Shown here one piece after another: positions 9,472-17,935 of a stretch of 64,000 nucleotides of DNA. Under the pieces are notes generated by a model. That model was not told the origin of the DNA, searched no databases, and saw nothing but the letters and a program-made list of their open reading frames with translations. Where the stretch lies: assembly GCA_964368755.1 (NCBI GenBank), contig CAYJCR010000005.1, positions 7,280 to 71,279 on the forward strand, given 5' to 3'. A program made the position numbers and the translations under genes. How positions within the stretch are numbered: position 1 is the first letter of the stretch; each line of letters begins with the position of its first letter. This DNA comes from an uncultured Lachnospiraceae bacterium (GTDB lineage: Bacteria > Bacillota > Clostridia > Christensenellales > UBA1242).

Positions 9472-10281
9472 TTACCTGTTTTTTGTGCCTTTGAGTCTTT
9501 TTTCTATAATAGCGACTATTGCATACATTATACCAGCCATCACACATAGTATTACTGTACTTGTCATAACTAAGTCGAGTTTGAACACCTGACCACCGTA
9601 TACTATCAAGTATCCAAGGCCTGCTTTGCTTGTCAAATATTCGCCCATGATTGTTCCTACCCAAGTCATACCAATGTTGATCTTGAGTATTGATATGATA
9701 TCTGGTATTGAGTTGGGAAGTACAAGTTTGAAAAATATTTGAAACTTGTTGGCTCTCATAGATTTGAGTAGTAGTATCTTGTCTTTGTCGACTGCCAAGA
9801 ATGCGCCAAGCATAGAAAGTATAGTAATAATTATCATGATGAGTATTGCCATCACTACTATTGCTTTTGTTCCAGCTCCAAACCAAATGATAATGATTGG
9901 ACCTAGTGCGATCTTAGGAAGGCTATTAAGTATGACCATATATGGCTCGAGTACTCGTCTTATGCTTTCACTCCACCAAAGAATAACTGCTATTACAAAG
10001 CCCAAACCTGTTGCTATCACAAATCCCAGTACTGCTTCATACAAAGTTGTAAGCATATGTGGTAACAAATCGCCTTTGTTGATAAGCCCAACAAATGTCT
10101 GCCACATTCTACTAGGCGAACTGAAAAAGAATGGGTCAAGGACTCTCGTTGCTGTGAGTAGCTCCCATAGACCAAAGAACGCTACTCCAAGAAGTATTTG
10201 ACAACACAGTATAATAATCTTTCGGTTGCGAAGTTTTGAAAGATATTTTTTTCTTTCTTCGGACATATTTTTTTTATTCAT
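9472..10281 (-). CDS. ABC transporter permease (NitT/TauT family)
   Basis: About six TM segments and an EAA-type loop (SMRANKFQIFFKLVLPNSIP). Start moved to ATG 10281 (MNKKNMSEE), overlapping the ATPase stop by 8 nt. Confidence 0.88.
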   Translation of the reverse strand: MNKKNMSEERKKYLSKLRNRKIIILCCQILLGVAFFGLWELLTATRVLDPFFFSSPSRMWQTFVGLINKGDLLPHMLTTLYEAVLGFVIATGLGFVIAVILWWSESIRRVLEPYMVILNSLPKIALGPIIIIWFGAGTKAIVVMAILIMIIITILSMLGAFLAVDKDKILLLKSMRANKFQIFFKLVLPNSIPDIISILKINIGMTWVGTIMGEYLTSKAGLGYLIVYGGQVFKLDLVMTSTVILCVMAGIMYAIVAIIEKRLKGTKNR

Positions 10282-11038
10282 TCGTTTGCACCTCTTTCCA
10301 TATTGTATCGAAGATTTTTCCAAAGTTTGGATTTTCTCGCTTTTTGAGAGGGGTAGTATCTTTGCTAAATGGTATGTTAACAATTTTTTTGATAACAGCA
10401 GGTCTTTCGGACAATATTATTATTCTATCTGCCATACTTATTGCCTCAGATATGTCGTGTGTGACTAGGATTGCCGTCTTATTTTCTTTTTTTATTATAT
10501 CTGCGACATCATCACAGACTTTGAGTCTTGTCTGAAAATCTAAGGCAGAGAAGGGCTCATCCAATAGTAATACCTCTGGTTTGAGAGCAAGTGTTCGGAT
10601 CAATGCTACTCTTTGTCTCATACCACCAGAGAGCTCGTTCGGAAAACTTTTTTTGAAGTCCGATAACCCATACTTATCTAGTAGTTCTATTGCATAGTCA
10701 TAATAACTGCGATCCTTTATCTTTTTTATTTCTAAGCCTAATGTAACGTTCTTATATATAGTTCTCCAATTCAAAAGATGGTCGCGCTGGAACATATATC
10801 CAGTTAAGTCACTTTTATTAGAAACCGAATTGCCTGCAATAGATATAGACCCACTTGTTGGAGTGAGTATGCCAGATATAAGAGATAGTATTGTTGTCTT
10901 GCCACATCCACTTGGACCTACTATTGCTACGAACTCTCCCTTGTCAATAGATAGGCTGATATCTTTGAGTGCCAAAGTTTCACTTTGTTTTGTTTGATAC
11001 GTTAGAGATACGTTGGTTAGATTTAATATTTCGTTCAT
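10274..11038 (-). CDS. ABC transporter ATP-binding protein
   Basis: Walker A GPSGCGKTT, signature LSGGMRQRVAL, Walker B LLLDEPFSALD. Start moved to ATG 11038, behind AGGAG. Confidence 0.93.
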   Translation of the reverse strand: MNEILNLTNVSLTYQTKQSETLALKDISLSIDKGEFVAIVGPSGCGKTTILSLISGILTPTSGSISIAGNSVSNKSDLTGYMFQRDHLLNWRTIYKNVTLGLEIKKIKDRSYYDYAIELLDKYGLSDFKKSFPNELSGGMRQRVALIRTLALKPEVLLLDEPFSALDFQTRLKVCDDVADIIKKENKTAILVTHDISEAISMADRIIILSERPAVIKKIVNIPFSKDTTPLKKRENPNFGKIFDTIWKEVQTNE

Positions 11039-11132
11039 TAACAAACTCCTCATATGTTGCTTATACTTCATTATATTGAGGATATAAAAAAATCGTGCAG
11101 ATGTTTCTACACGATTTGTTTGAATAATTGCG

Positions 11133-12152
11133 TTATGAGAGGCTTGCGACTGCTTTGATAGCATAGCTATTGTCTACTAGGGACGAGAATGCTACACGAT
11201 TGTCAAGTTCTCCGGCACCTTCCATGACATCTTGAAGTTTGTTGTAAGCACTTTCTTCCATCATAGGAGTACTCATCCAACTATCAACTTCTTTGTACCT
11301 AATGAGAGAAGATTTGATTAGAGCTTTGCTTGTGCCAGCAAAAGATGGTTCTATTGCATCTACAACTTCGTCAATTGGGGCAGTTGTAAGATAATTGTAG
11401 CCTTTGATAACAGCCCTAAGGAACTTCTGTGCTCTGTCTGGGTCTTTGTCAAGATAGCTCTTTTTTGCCATAAATGCAGTATATGGTATCTCACCACTTT
11501 GCTCTCCGACAGATGCTACGACATAGCCTTTGCCTTCGGCTTCGAGTTGACTTGCTGTTGGCTCGAATAGTGTGCAATATGATACTCCAGCTGTCTCTGA
11601 GAAAACACTTGCTGTTAGATTAAACGCAACACTTGTATTAAGAATTGTGTCTACGTTTTCTCCAAGGGAAGCACCAGGTTTAAGTCCTTTTTGTTTCATG
11701 ACATACTCGAGTGTCATAGCAGGCACGCCACCTTTTCTACCACCGATGATCTCTGTGCCTCGCAAGTCTGACCACGAGAAATTGTCTGTATCAGTCTTAG
11801 CCACAATGAATGAGCCATCACGCTTGGTTAATTGACCGAATATGATTGCATGGTCGGTAGCACCGCCAGCCTTGACATATATTGCAGCTTCTGGTCCCAT
11901 AAGTCCAATATCTGCATTTCCACTGAGAATTGCAGTCATAGAGGCATCTGCGCCACCACCATTTGTGAGTTCGATCGTTATGCCTTCTTCTTCAAAGTAG
12001 CCTTGATTGATGGCAATGTATAGTGGGGCATAGAATATACTATGCGTAACTTCATTGACTCTTATTACGTTGGGATTTTTTTTGCCACACCCACATATAA
12101 GTAGAGAGAAGCACACAACAATCGACATTAATAAAATTGTTAATTTTTTCAT
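11133..12152 (-). CDS. ABC transporter substrate-binding lipoprotein (NMT1/THI5-like)
   Basis: Lipobox LLICGC after a signal peptide; periplasmic-binding fold typical of the NitT/TauT family; AGGAGG RBS. Confidence 0.85.
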   Translation of the reverse strand: MKKLTILLMSIVVCFSLLICGCGKKNPNVIRVNEVTHSIFYAPLYIAINQGYFEEEGITIELTNGGGADASMTAILSGNADIGLMGPEAAIYVKAGGATDHAIIFGQLTKRDGSFIVAKTDTDNFSWSDLRGTEIIGGRKGGVPAMTLEYVMKQKGLKPGASLGENVDTILNTSVAFNLTASVFSETAGVSYCTLFEPTASQLEAEGKGYVVASVGEQSGEIPYTAFMAKKSYLDKDPDRAQKFLRAVIKGYNYLTTAPIDEVVDAIEPSFAGTSKALIKSSLIRYKEVDSWMSTPMMEESAYNKLQDVMEGAGELDNRVAFSSLVDNSYAIKAVASLS

Positions 12153-12233
12153 TTTTTCCTCCTTATATAGTTACAATATTCAACGCAAAAGTTATTTGTG
12201 TACAAAAAGATTTTCAAAATCTTAAAAAAACTA

Positions 12234-12262
12234 TTGAAATATATTTATTTATCTGATATAAT
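12234..12262 (+). promoter_or_regulatory. Sigma-A-like promoter
   Basis: TTGAAA (12234-12239), 17 nt, TATAAT (12257-12262). Confidence 0.55.
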
Positions 12263-12284
12263 GCTCCTATCGAGGTAAGAAGTT

Positions 12285-12515
12285 ATGTCAATGTTATTGT
12301 TTGTAGATTTGATGACTAGATTAAATCAAGTGAATGTCATAGTGGGCATTGTTTTGGCAGTCGTGGGACTCGCTCTTGCGTTCTTGGCAAAGAGGCTTAC
12401 TAGATGTTTTAGACATACAACTGACATTGCAGATAATGACAAACTACTTATAACAATGAAAGCGATTGGTCTTATATTTGTTATAGCTGGTTTGATAGCA
12501 ACAATAGTTAAGTAA
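12285..12515 (+). CDS. Small membrane protein (two TM helices), unknown function
   Basis: 76 aa with two hydrophobic helices, GAGGT RBS, own promoter and terminator. Confidence 0.6.
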   Translation: MSMLLFVDLMTRLNQVNVIVGIVLAVVGLALAFLAKRLTRCFRHTTDIADNDKLLITMKAIGLIFVIAGLIATIVK

Positions 12516-12542
12516 GTTTTTTTGAATACAAGAAAGTAAGAG

Positions 12543-12571
12543 CATAGGTATGGTAACAACCTATGTTTTTT
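12543..12571 (+). terminator. Intrinsic terminator
   Basis: CATAGGT (12543-12549) / ACCTATG (12559-12565) followed by T6. Confidence 0.75.
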
Positions 12572-12635
12572 GTTTGTTTTTTTGAGACAAATGTTGTAGA
12601 ATAAAAATGTTATTTGCAAAAGGATTATATAGATT

Positions 12636-15230
12636 ATGGAAAAGAATTACAACCCAGCTGATTTTGAGAGTAAGATATATCAGAATTGGCTTGACAAAGG
12701 ATACTTTAAGGCAAGGATAAATAAGGATAAGACTCCTTTTACTATCATTATGCCTCCACCAAATATAACTAGTAAGCTTCATATGGGGCATGCCTTCCAG
12801 CAGACTATACAAGATATCATTATACGTAGGAAGAGAATGCAGGGTTATGAAGCACTTTGGCTTCCAGGTACTGACCATGCTGCAATAGCTACAGAATCAA
12901 TGGTTGCTAATAAGTTGGCCAAAGAAGGGTTAACCAAAGAGATGCTAGGCAGGGAGAAGTTCCTAGAACACATCCATGCTTGGTATGACAAGTACAAAGG
13001 TACTATTATAGAACAATTTAAGCGCATGGGATTCTCATGTGATTGGGATAGACTTGCATTCACTATGGACGAGCAGAACAATAGAGCAGTACGTGAGGTA
13101 TTTGTTCACTTGTACAAAAAAGGCTGGATATACAAAGGTAAACGTATAGTCAACTGGTGTCCACATTGTAAGAGTTCTATCTCTGATGCAGAAGTAGAGT
13201 TCAAAGATGTCAAATCACATTTTTGGCACCTTAGATATAAGATAGAAGGTACAAATGACTATCTAGAACTTGCTACGACAAGACCAGAGACAATATTGGG
13301 AGATACAGCTGTTGCTGTTAACCCAAAAGATTCAAGATACACTCATCTTGTTGGCAAGAATGTTATACTCCCATTACTCAACAAGCCTATTCCTGTAGTT
13401 GCAGATGACTATGTTGAGATGGATTTTGGTACTGGAGTCGTTAAGATCACTCCAGCTCATGATCCAAATGACTTTGAGGTAGGACAAAGACACAATCTTG
13501 ATACTATCTGCATCTTGAATGAAGATGGTACAATGAATGAGTCTACAGGTAAGTATGCAGGGTTAGACAGAGATGAAGCAAGGAAAGTAATAGTAGAAGA
13601 TTTGCGCAAAGCTGGCAATCTTGTTCGTATAGAAGATTATAGCCACAATGTTGGACATTGTGAGAGATGTAAGACAATCATTGAGCCACTCATATCCAAT
13701 CAATGGTATGTTAAGATGGATGAGCTTGCAAAGCCAGCCATCAAAGTTGTTGAAGAGGGTAGAGTTAAGTTCGCTGATGATCAGTATAAGAAGACATATT
13801 TGCATTGGATGTACAATCTAAGAGATTGGTGTATATCAAGACAATTATGGAGTGGACATCGTATACCAATATTCACTTGTGAAGATTGTGGAGAAGTTAT
13901 AGTTGAGAAGGAAGACCCAACAGTTTGTCCAAAATGTGGTAGTCATCATCTTACTCAAGAGCAGGATACTCTTGATACTTGGTTTAGTTCGGCATTATGG
14001 CCATTGTCTACACTAGGATTCCCAGATAAGACTGCTGACCTTGATTATTTCTATCCAACTGATGTACTTGTAACCGGCAGAGAGATTATTAACTTATGGG
14101 TTGCTCGTATGATATTCAGTGGATTAGAATATAGAGGCGACATTCCTTTCAAAGATGTTGTTATCAATGGTATTGTCAAAGATGCTCAAGGCAAGAAGAT
14201 GAGTAAGACTCTCGGCAATGGTGTTGACCCTATTGAGATAATAGAGAAATATGGTGTTGATACACTTAGATTCTCATTGTTCAATGGTATATCTATTGAT
14301 ATGGACTCCAAGTTCTCTGAGAAGAAAGTAGAACTTAGCCGTAACTTTATCAATAAAGTTTGGAATGCAAGTAGATATGTTCTTATGCAGATTGAAGGCA
14401 AGCAGATACTTCCTATTGACAAAGCGAAGCTCAATCTAGCTGACAAATGGATTCTAAGTGAACTTAATACTCTTATAAAGAATGTAGATAAGAAGTTCGA
14501 CAAATATGATATTGGTATGGCTGCTTCAGAGTTGTATGATTTCTTCTGGACTAAGTTCTGCGACTGGTACATTGAATTGACCAAGTGTGATATGGCAGAT
14601 AATAGCGAAGGCTCAATTGCAACGCTTAGTTATGTACTTACTACACTTCTCAAGATGCTCAATCCATTTATACCATTTATAACAGAAGAGATATACTTGT
14701 CACTACCTATTCACGATGAAAGTATTGTTATCTCCAAATGGCCAGAGCAGTCCAAGAATTACAAAGTTGATGCAACTCAGATGAAACATATCATGGAGAT
14801 AATCAAATCTATCCGTAACACGAGGGCTGAGAAGAATGTTCCTGATAACAAGAAGATAAGTATAACAATCTATCCAACTAAGGATAATAAGTTGTTTGAT
14901 ATCGCTAAGGAATATATCAAGAAGTTGTGTACGGCAGACAAGCTAGATATTGTTACCTCTGAAGATCAACTTCCAGCCAATGCTGTGATGACAGTATTTG
15001 GCAATTGCAAGGTTGCAATACCACTAGATAGTATGGTCAATCAAGAAGAAGAGCGAGCAAGACTTCAGAAGGAGAGAACTCGTGTCGAAAGTGAGATAGC
15101 AAGGGGAGAAAGAATGCTTGGGAATCCAGGATTTGTATCCAAAGCCCCAGCCAAACTTATCGAAGAAGAGAAAGAAAAATTAGCAAAGAATAAAGCCTTG
15201 CTTAATGAGATTATTGCAAGTCTTGGTTAA
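12636..15230 (+). CDS. valS: Valine--tRNA ligase
   Basis: 864 aa. HIGH-type motif (PPPNITSKLHMGHA), KMSKT, editing domain, C-terminal coiled coil. Confidence 0.97.
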   Translation: MEKNYNPADFESKIYQNWLDKGYFKARINKDKTPFTIIMPPPNITSKLHMGHAFQQTIQDIIIRRKRMQGYEALWLPGTDHAAIATESMVANKLAKEGLTKEMLGREKFLEHIHAWYDKYKGTIIEQFKRMGFSCDWDRLAFTMDEQNNRAVREVFVHLYKKGWIYKGKRIVNWCPHCKSSISDAEVEFKDVKSHFWHLRYKIEGTNDYLELATTRPETILGDTAVAVNPKDSRYTHLVGKNVILPLLNKPIPVVADDYVEMDFGTGVVKITPAHDPNDFEVGQRHNLDTICILNEDGTMNESTGKYAGLDRDEARKVIVEDLRKAGNLVRIEDYSHNVGHCERCKTIIEPLISNQWYVKMDELAKPAIKVVEEGRVKFADDQYKKTYLHWMYNLRDWCISRQLWSGHRIPIFTCEDCGEVIVEKEDPTVCPKCGSHHLTQEQDTLDTWFSSALWPLSTLGFPDKTADLDYFYPTDVLVTGREIINLWVARMIFSGLEYRGDIPFKDVVINGIVKDAQGKKMSKTLGNGVDPIEIIEKYGVDTLRFSLFNGISIDMDSKFSEKKVELSRNFINKVWNASRYVLMQIEGKQILPIDKAKLNLADKWILSELNTLIKNVDKKFDKYDIGMAASELYDFFWTKFCDWYIELTKCDMADNSEGSIATLSYVLTTLLKMLNPFIPFITEEIYLSLPIHDESIVISKWPEQSKNYKVDATQMKHIMEIIKSIRNTRAEKNVPDNKKISITIYPTKDNKLFDIAKEYIKKLCTADKLDIVTSEDQLPANAVMTVFGNCKVAIPLDSMVNQEEERARLQKERTRVESEIARGERMLGNPGFVSKAPAKLIEEEKEKLAKNKALLNEIIASLG

Positions 15231-15262
15231 AAAGAACCGTAGTTATCTACGGTTCTTTATTA
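15231..15262 (+). terminator. Intrinsic terminator of valS
   Basis: AAAGAACCGT (15231-15240) / ACGGTTCTTT (15249-15258), T-rich tail. Confidence 0.7.
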
Positions 15263-15284
15263 TTTATTCATTGTGTGAGGTGTA

Positions 15285-15313
15285 TTGACATATAGAGGTA
15301 TATCGTATATAAT
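15285..15313 (+). promoter_or_regulatory. Consensus sigma-A promoter of the orphan gene
   Basis: TTGACA (15285-15290), 17 nt, TATAAT (15308-15313). Confidence 0.6.
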
Positions 15314-15339
15314 TATAATAACAAAAATAGGGGGATTGT

Positions 15340-16200
15340 ATGGCAAAAAAAGTTAAATACATATCGTTTAACAATCAAGTCCCAGAGGGAAAGAAACTTG
15401 ATGTTGAGGTTGACAGATATCTCAATATTATTAAAGCTAGGAACAATGACCCCGAGACATTAGAGTTTCTTGATACTGTAATGAGATTTGAGTATAGAGA
15501 GTTTTTGCAAGCCGGTTGTAGATATACCGATGACGCTATTGATATTATTGTTAATCAGAAGGTTTTATCGAAAAAGCAGATCGATAAACTTCTTATGTTT
15601 GGAGCTGACTCTCGTGATATTGCTACTTTGGAGACTTATTACAAAACAAAACTCCGTCCAGAACTTAATGGTGAAGATGATATCGATATTATTACTAACT
15701 TCATTATGATTAAGACGAAACTAAGTGAAGGTGAATCTTTGTGGGCTGCACATCATGGGGATGTCCTTTGGGGATATGCTGACTGGTGGACGATGGCGAC
15801 AATGTATAGAGTACATCCCGAGAGAGAATTGTTGAGTAAAGATAGAGTATGGGAGCATAGTGCTAATGAGATGCCATATTGGGTAGGTCAGGAAACTGGC
15901 TATGACAATGTAGAATATGATACTGAAAAACTTAACAATATGAGTGAAAGCGAATTAATAGAGAATGATCGTAAGCGCAGTGCTAACCAAAAGCATATGT
16001 TCTACAAAATATATAACATACCTGTTACAACCAATCAAAACAATGAACTCGAATATGGTGATGAAATAAAGGCAGAAATAACAGGGGTTAGAGCAATCGC
16101 GGCTTCCGTCAATAAGGTAATGTCCAATCATTATGATAAGCATAATACTTTTGCTCAACAAATAATGGCGAATCCAAATCCAACAGAAGGTGATATCTAG
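15340..16200 (+). CDS. Hypothetical protein, no family recognised
   Basis: 286-aa ORF with GGGGGA RBS, consensus promoter and terminators on both sides. Trp/His-rich core WAAHHGDVLWGYADWWTMATMY. Confidence 0.7.
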   Translation: MAKKVKYISFNNQVPEGKKLDVEVDRYLNIIKARNNDPETLEFLDTVMRFEYREFLQAGCRYTDDAIDIIVNQKVLSKKQIDKLLMFGADSRDIATLETYYKTKLRPELNGEDDIDIITNFIMIKTKLSEGESLWAAHHGDVLWGYADWWTMATMYRVHPERELLSKDRVWEHSANEMPYWVGQETGYDNVEYDTEKLNNMSESELIENDRKRSANQKHMFYKIYNIPVTTNQNNELEYGDEIKAEITGVRAIAASVNKVMSNHYDKHNTFAQQIMANPNPTEGDI

Positions 16201-16218
16201 TATATCTGAATGATTAAT

Positions 16219-16252
16219 AAAAAAAAGAGATGCAGAATATGCATCTCTTTTG
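16219..16252. terminator. Bidirectional terminator between convergent genes
   Basis: AGAGATGCA (16226-16234) / TGCATCTCT (16240-16248), flanked by an A-run and a T-run. Confidence 0.75.
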
Positions 16253-16257
16253 TTTGA

Positions 16258-17190
16258 TTATTTATTGTTTTCTTCTTTGATCCTTTGTTTCATAAACTCA
16301 GGAAGTACAAAGGCAGCACGGTGTATCTCTGCATTATAATATTTTGTCTCAATAGGGAAGTCAAATTTCTTTTGATGTTTTATTGGGTCATACTTCTTTG
16401 AAGCAAAGCCATATGTGAATAATCCACCAGGGAATGTAGGAATGGTTGCAGTATAGATTTTTGATATAGGGAAGTATTTTGCCATATTCTTCTGAATAAC
16501 TGCATAGTCGATGTTTCCGTATTTGTAGAATGGCATATAAGCATCTGTCTCATAAACTCCGTCAGGAGCAAGACATTTGTTACACAATCTATAATATTCA
16601 TCAACAAATAATGGATCTGACAAGCTAAGAGGGTCGGTTGGAGTAGTGAAGATTGCATCATATATTTCGGTTGTATTCTTCATGTACTCTAAGCCATCTT
16701 CTATTATCATATGAACACGTGGGTCGTTGAGACATTTCATCTGTTCTGGATAAAACTTCTTACAGATTTCAACGAATTCTCCATCTATATCGATGACATC
16801 AATTTTCTCAATATAAGGGTATTTTAATAGCATTGTTGCAGTAAAGCCTTCGCCACCGCCGACAATAAGAACCTTCTTCTTTTTCTTACCAGTCATCATT
16901 ATAGGATGAACAATCATTTCGTTATTAATATGTCCATCAAGTGTTGCTTTCATTAGCAGATTGTCTAAGAACAATATTTGACCCCAATATTTGGTATCAA
17001 TAATATCAACTTTCTGATACTTTGTTTTCTTCTGACAGAGAACTTTTGTTGGTTTGAAGATAAGAGCCACATCGTCTGCATATTGTTCTCCGAAGCATCC
17101 TTCTGGAACAATTGACTGAAACATGTCTTCAAGAACATCAGCCTTGATTTTTGGAGTTTTGGAAGGTTTTTTAACAGTTGTTTTTGCCAT
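16258..17190 (-). CDS. Spermidine-synthase-fold (SpeE-like) protein with non-canonical active-site residues
   Basis: VLIVGGGEGF, KIDVIDIDGEFV, PRVHMIIEDG, YDAIFTTPTDP and ATIPTFPGGLFTYGFASK match the aminopropyltransferase fold. Canonical GGGDGG, D-x-x-D-P and DEFxYHE positions are altered (by-eye alignment). Confidence 0.8.
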   Translation of the reverse strand: MAKTTVKKPSKTPKIKADVLEDMFQSIVPEGCFGEQYADDVALIFKPTKVLCQKKTKYQKVDIIDTKYWGQILFLDNLLMKATLDGHINNEMIVHPIMMTGKKKKKVLIVGGGEGFTATMLLKYPYIEKIDVIDIDGEFVEICKKFYPEQMKCLNDPRVHMIIEDGLEYMKNTTEIYDAIFTTPTDPLSLSDPLFVDEYYRLCNKCLAPDGVYETDAYMPFYKYGNIDYAVIQKNMAKYFPISKIYTATIPTFPGGLFTYGFASKKYDPIKHQKKFDFPIETKYYNAEIHRAAFVLPEFMKQRIKEENNK

Positions 17191-17206
17191 TGTTATCTCC
17201 TTATAT

Positions 17207-17743
17207 TTAATCTTCTACAATGTTGTCAAAAATATATTCATATATGCTTGGTGCCTTGTCACGCCACTTTTTGCAAGCATTGATAGCAGCATGTCGGGTA
17301 GAAGTCTTGAGTTTGACTTCAAACATTGGTTGGTTGATAAGAGGTTCTTTGATCTTGAGTACAACAGTATGAGAGCCATCTGAGTTCTTAAAATAATCTC
17401 CAACATATTCTTGACTACGTTTGAATATCATTCTATTTGTCTTGGAGAACTCTGCAATATCTTCTCTCAAACTCTGAGGTATCTTTGTGAAGAAGTGGGA
17501 GAGGCAATTCCTGCCCTCATAAGTTATATTATATCTAGCTTCGTTGTCATTGCTGTCAGGCTTGTATATGAACTTAGCTTCTATTAACTGATAAAGAATC
17601 TCTTTGCAATCCATATAATTGAGCCAATTGTTACGACTAGTACATATGTCGATAATAGAGTTCTCAGTAAGTGGAATCTCCATCTTATCCATAACAAACA
17701 ACAGTATTAACTTATTGATAGTAGAATTGGAAACAAACTCCAC
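17207..17743 (-). CDS. DUF4364-family protein (putative PadR-like winged-helix regulator)
   Basis: N-terminal NKLILLFVMDKMEIPLTENSIIDI...YLQ-type pattern typical of DUF4364. GTG start at 17743, behind AGGAGG; 16 nt upstream of the SpeE-like gene. Confidence 0.7.
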   Translation of the reverse strand: MEFVSNSTINKLILLFVMDKMEIPLTENSIIDICTSRNNWLNYMDCKEILYQLIEAKFIYKPDSNDNEARYNITYEGRNCLSHFFTKIPQSLREDIAEFSKTNRMIFKRSQEYVGDYFKNSDGSHTVVLKIKEPLINQPMFEVKLKTSTRHAAINACKKWRDKAPSIYEYIFDNIVED

Positions 17744-17834
17744 AGTTTCTTGCCCTCCTAGGTAATAACAACCATTATTTTCAAATACATTTTAAGTCTA
17801 ACACAAAAAACAAAATATTACAATATTTTTTGTG

Positions 17835-17860
17835 CACAAAAATATCATACACAAAAATAT
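17835..17860. repeat. Tandem CACAAAAATAT direct repeat (period 15) in a divergent promoter region
   Basis: CACAAAAATAT at 17835-17845 and 17850-17860. Related ACACAAAAAA at 17801 and inverted TTTTTGTGT at about 17878-17886. Confidence 0.8.
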
Positions 17861-17935
17861 GATTGTAATTGCTTTTGTTTTTGTGTAATTTTGTGGTATC
17901 ATTATATCGTAATAGACTTATCTTAGGAGAAAATT

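Noticed and set aside
12207-12223. AAGATTTT-C-AAAATCTT palindrome between the divergent ABC-operon and small-membrane-protein promoters
   Set aside because: An 8-bp-arm AT-rich palindrome is expected about once or more per 64 kb by chance. It is mentioned only as context for the ABC operon.
12153-12284. Possible TPP (or other) riboswitch upstream of the NMT1/THI5-like ABC operon
   Set aside because: Reading the minus strand, I found none of the TPP core elements (CUGAGA, ACCUGAUCUGGAUAAUGC-like), only AT-rich promoter DNA and a short palindrome. An Rfam scan would be the decisive test.
12572-12635. Expected T-box leader upstream of valS
   Set aside because: Only 64 nt separate the upstream terminator from the valS ATG. 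There is no AGAGA/specifier stem and no GGUGGUACC box.
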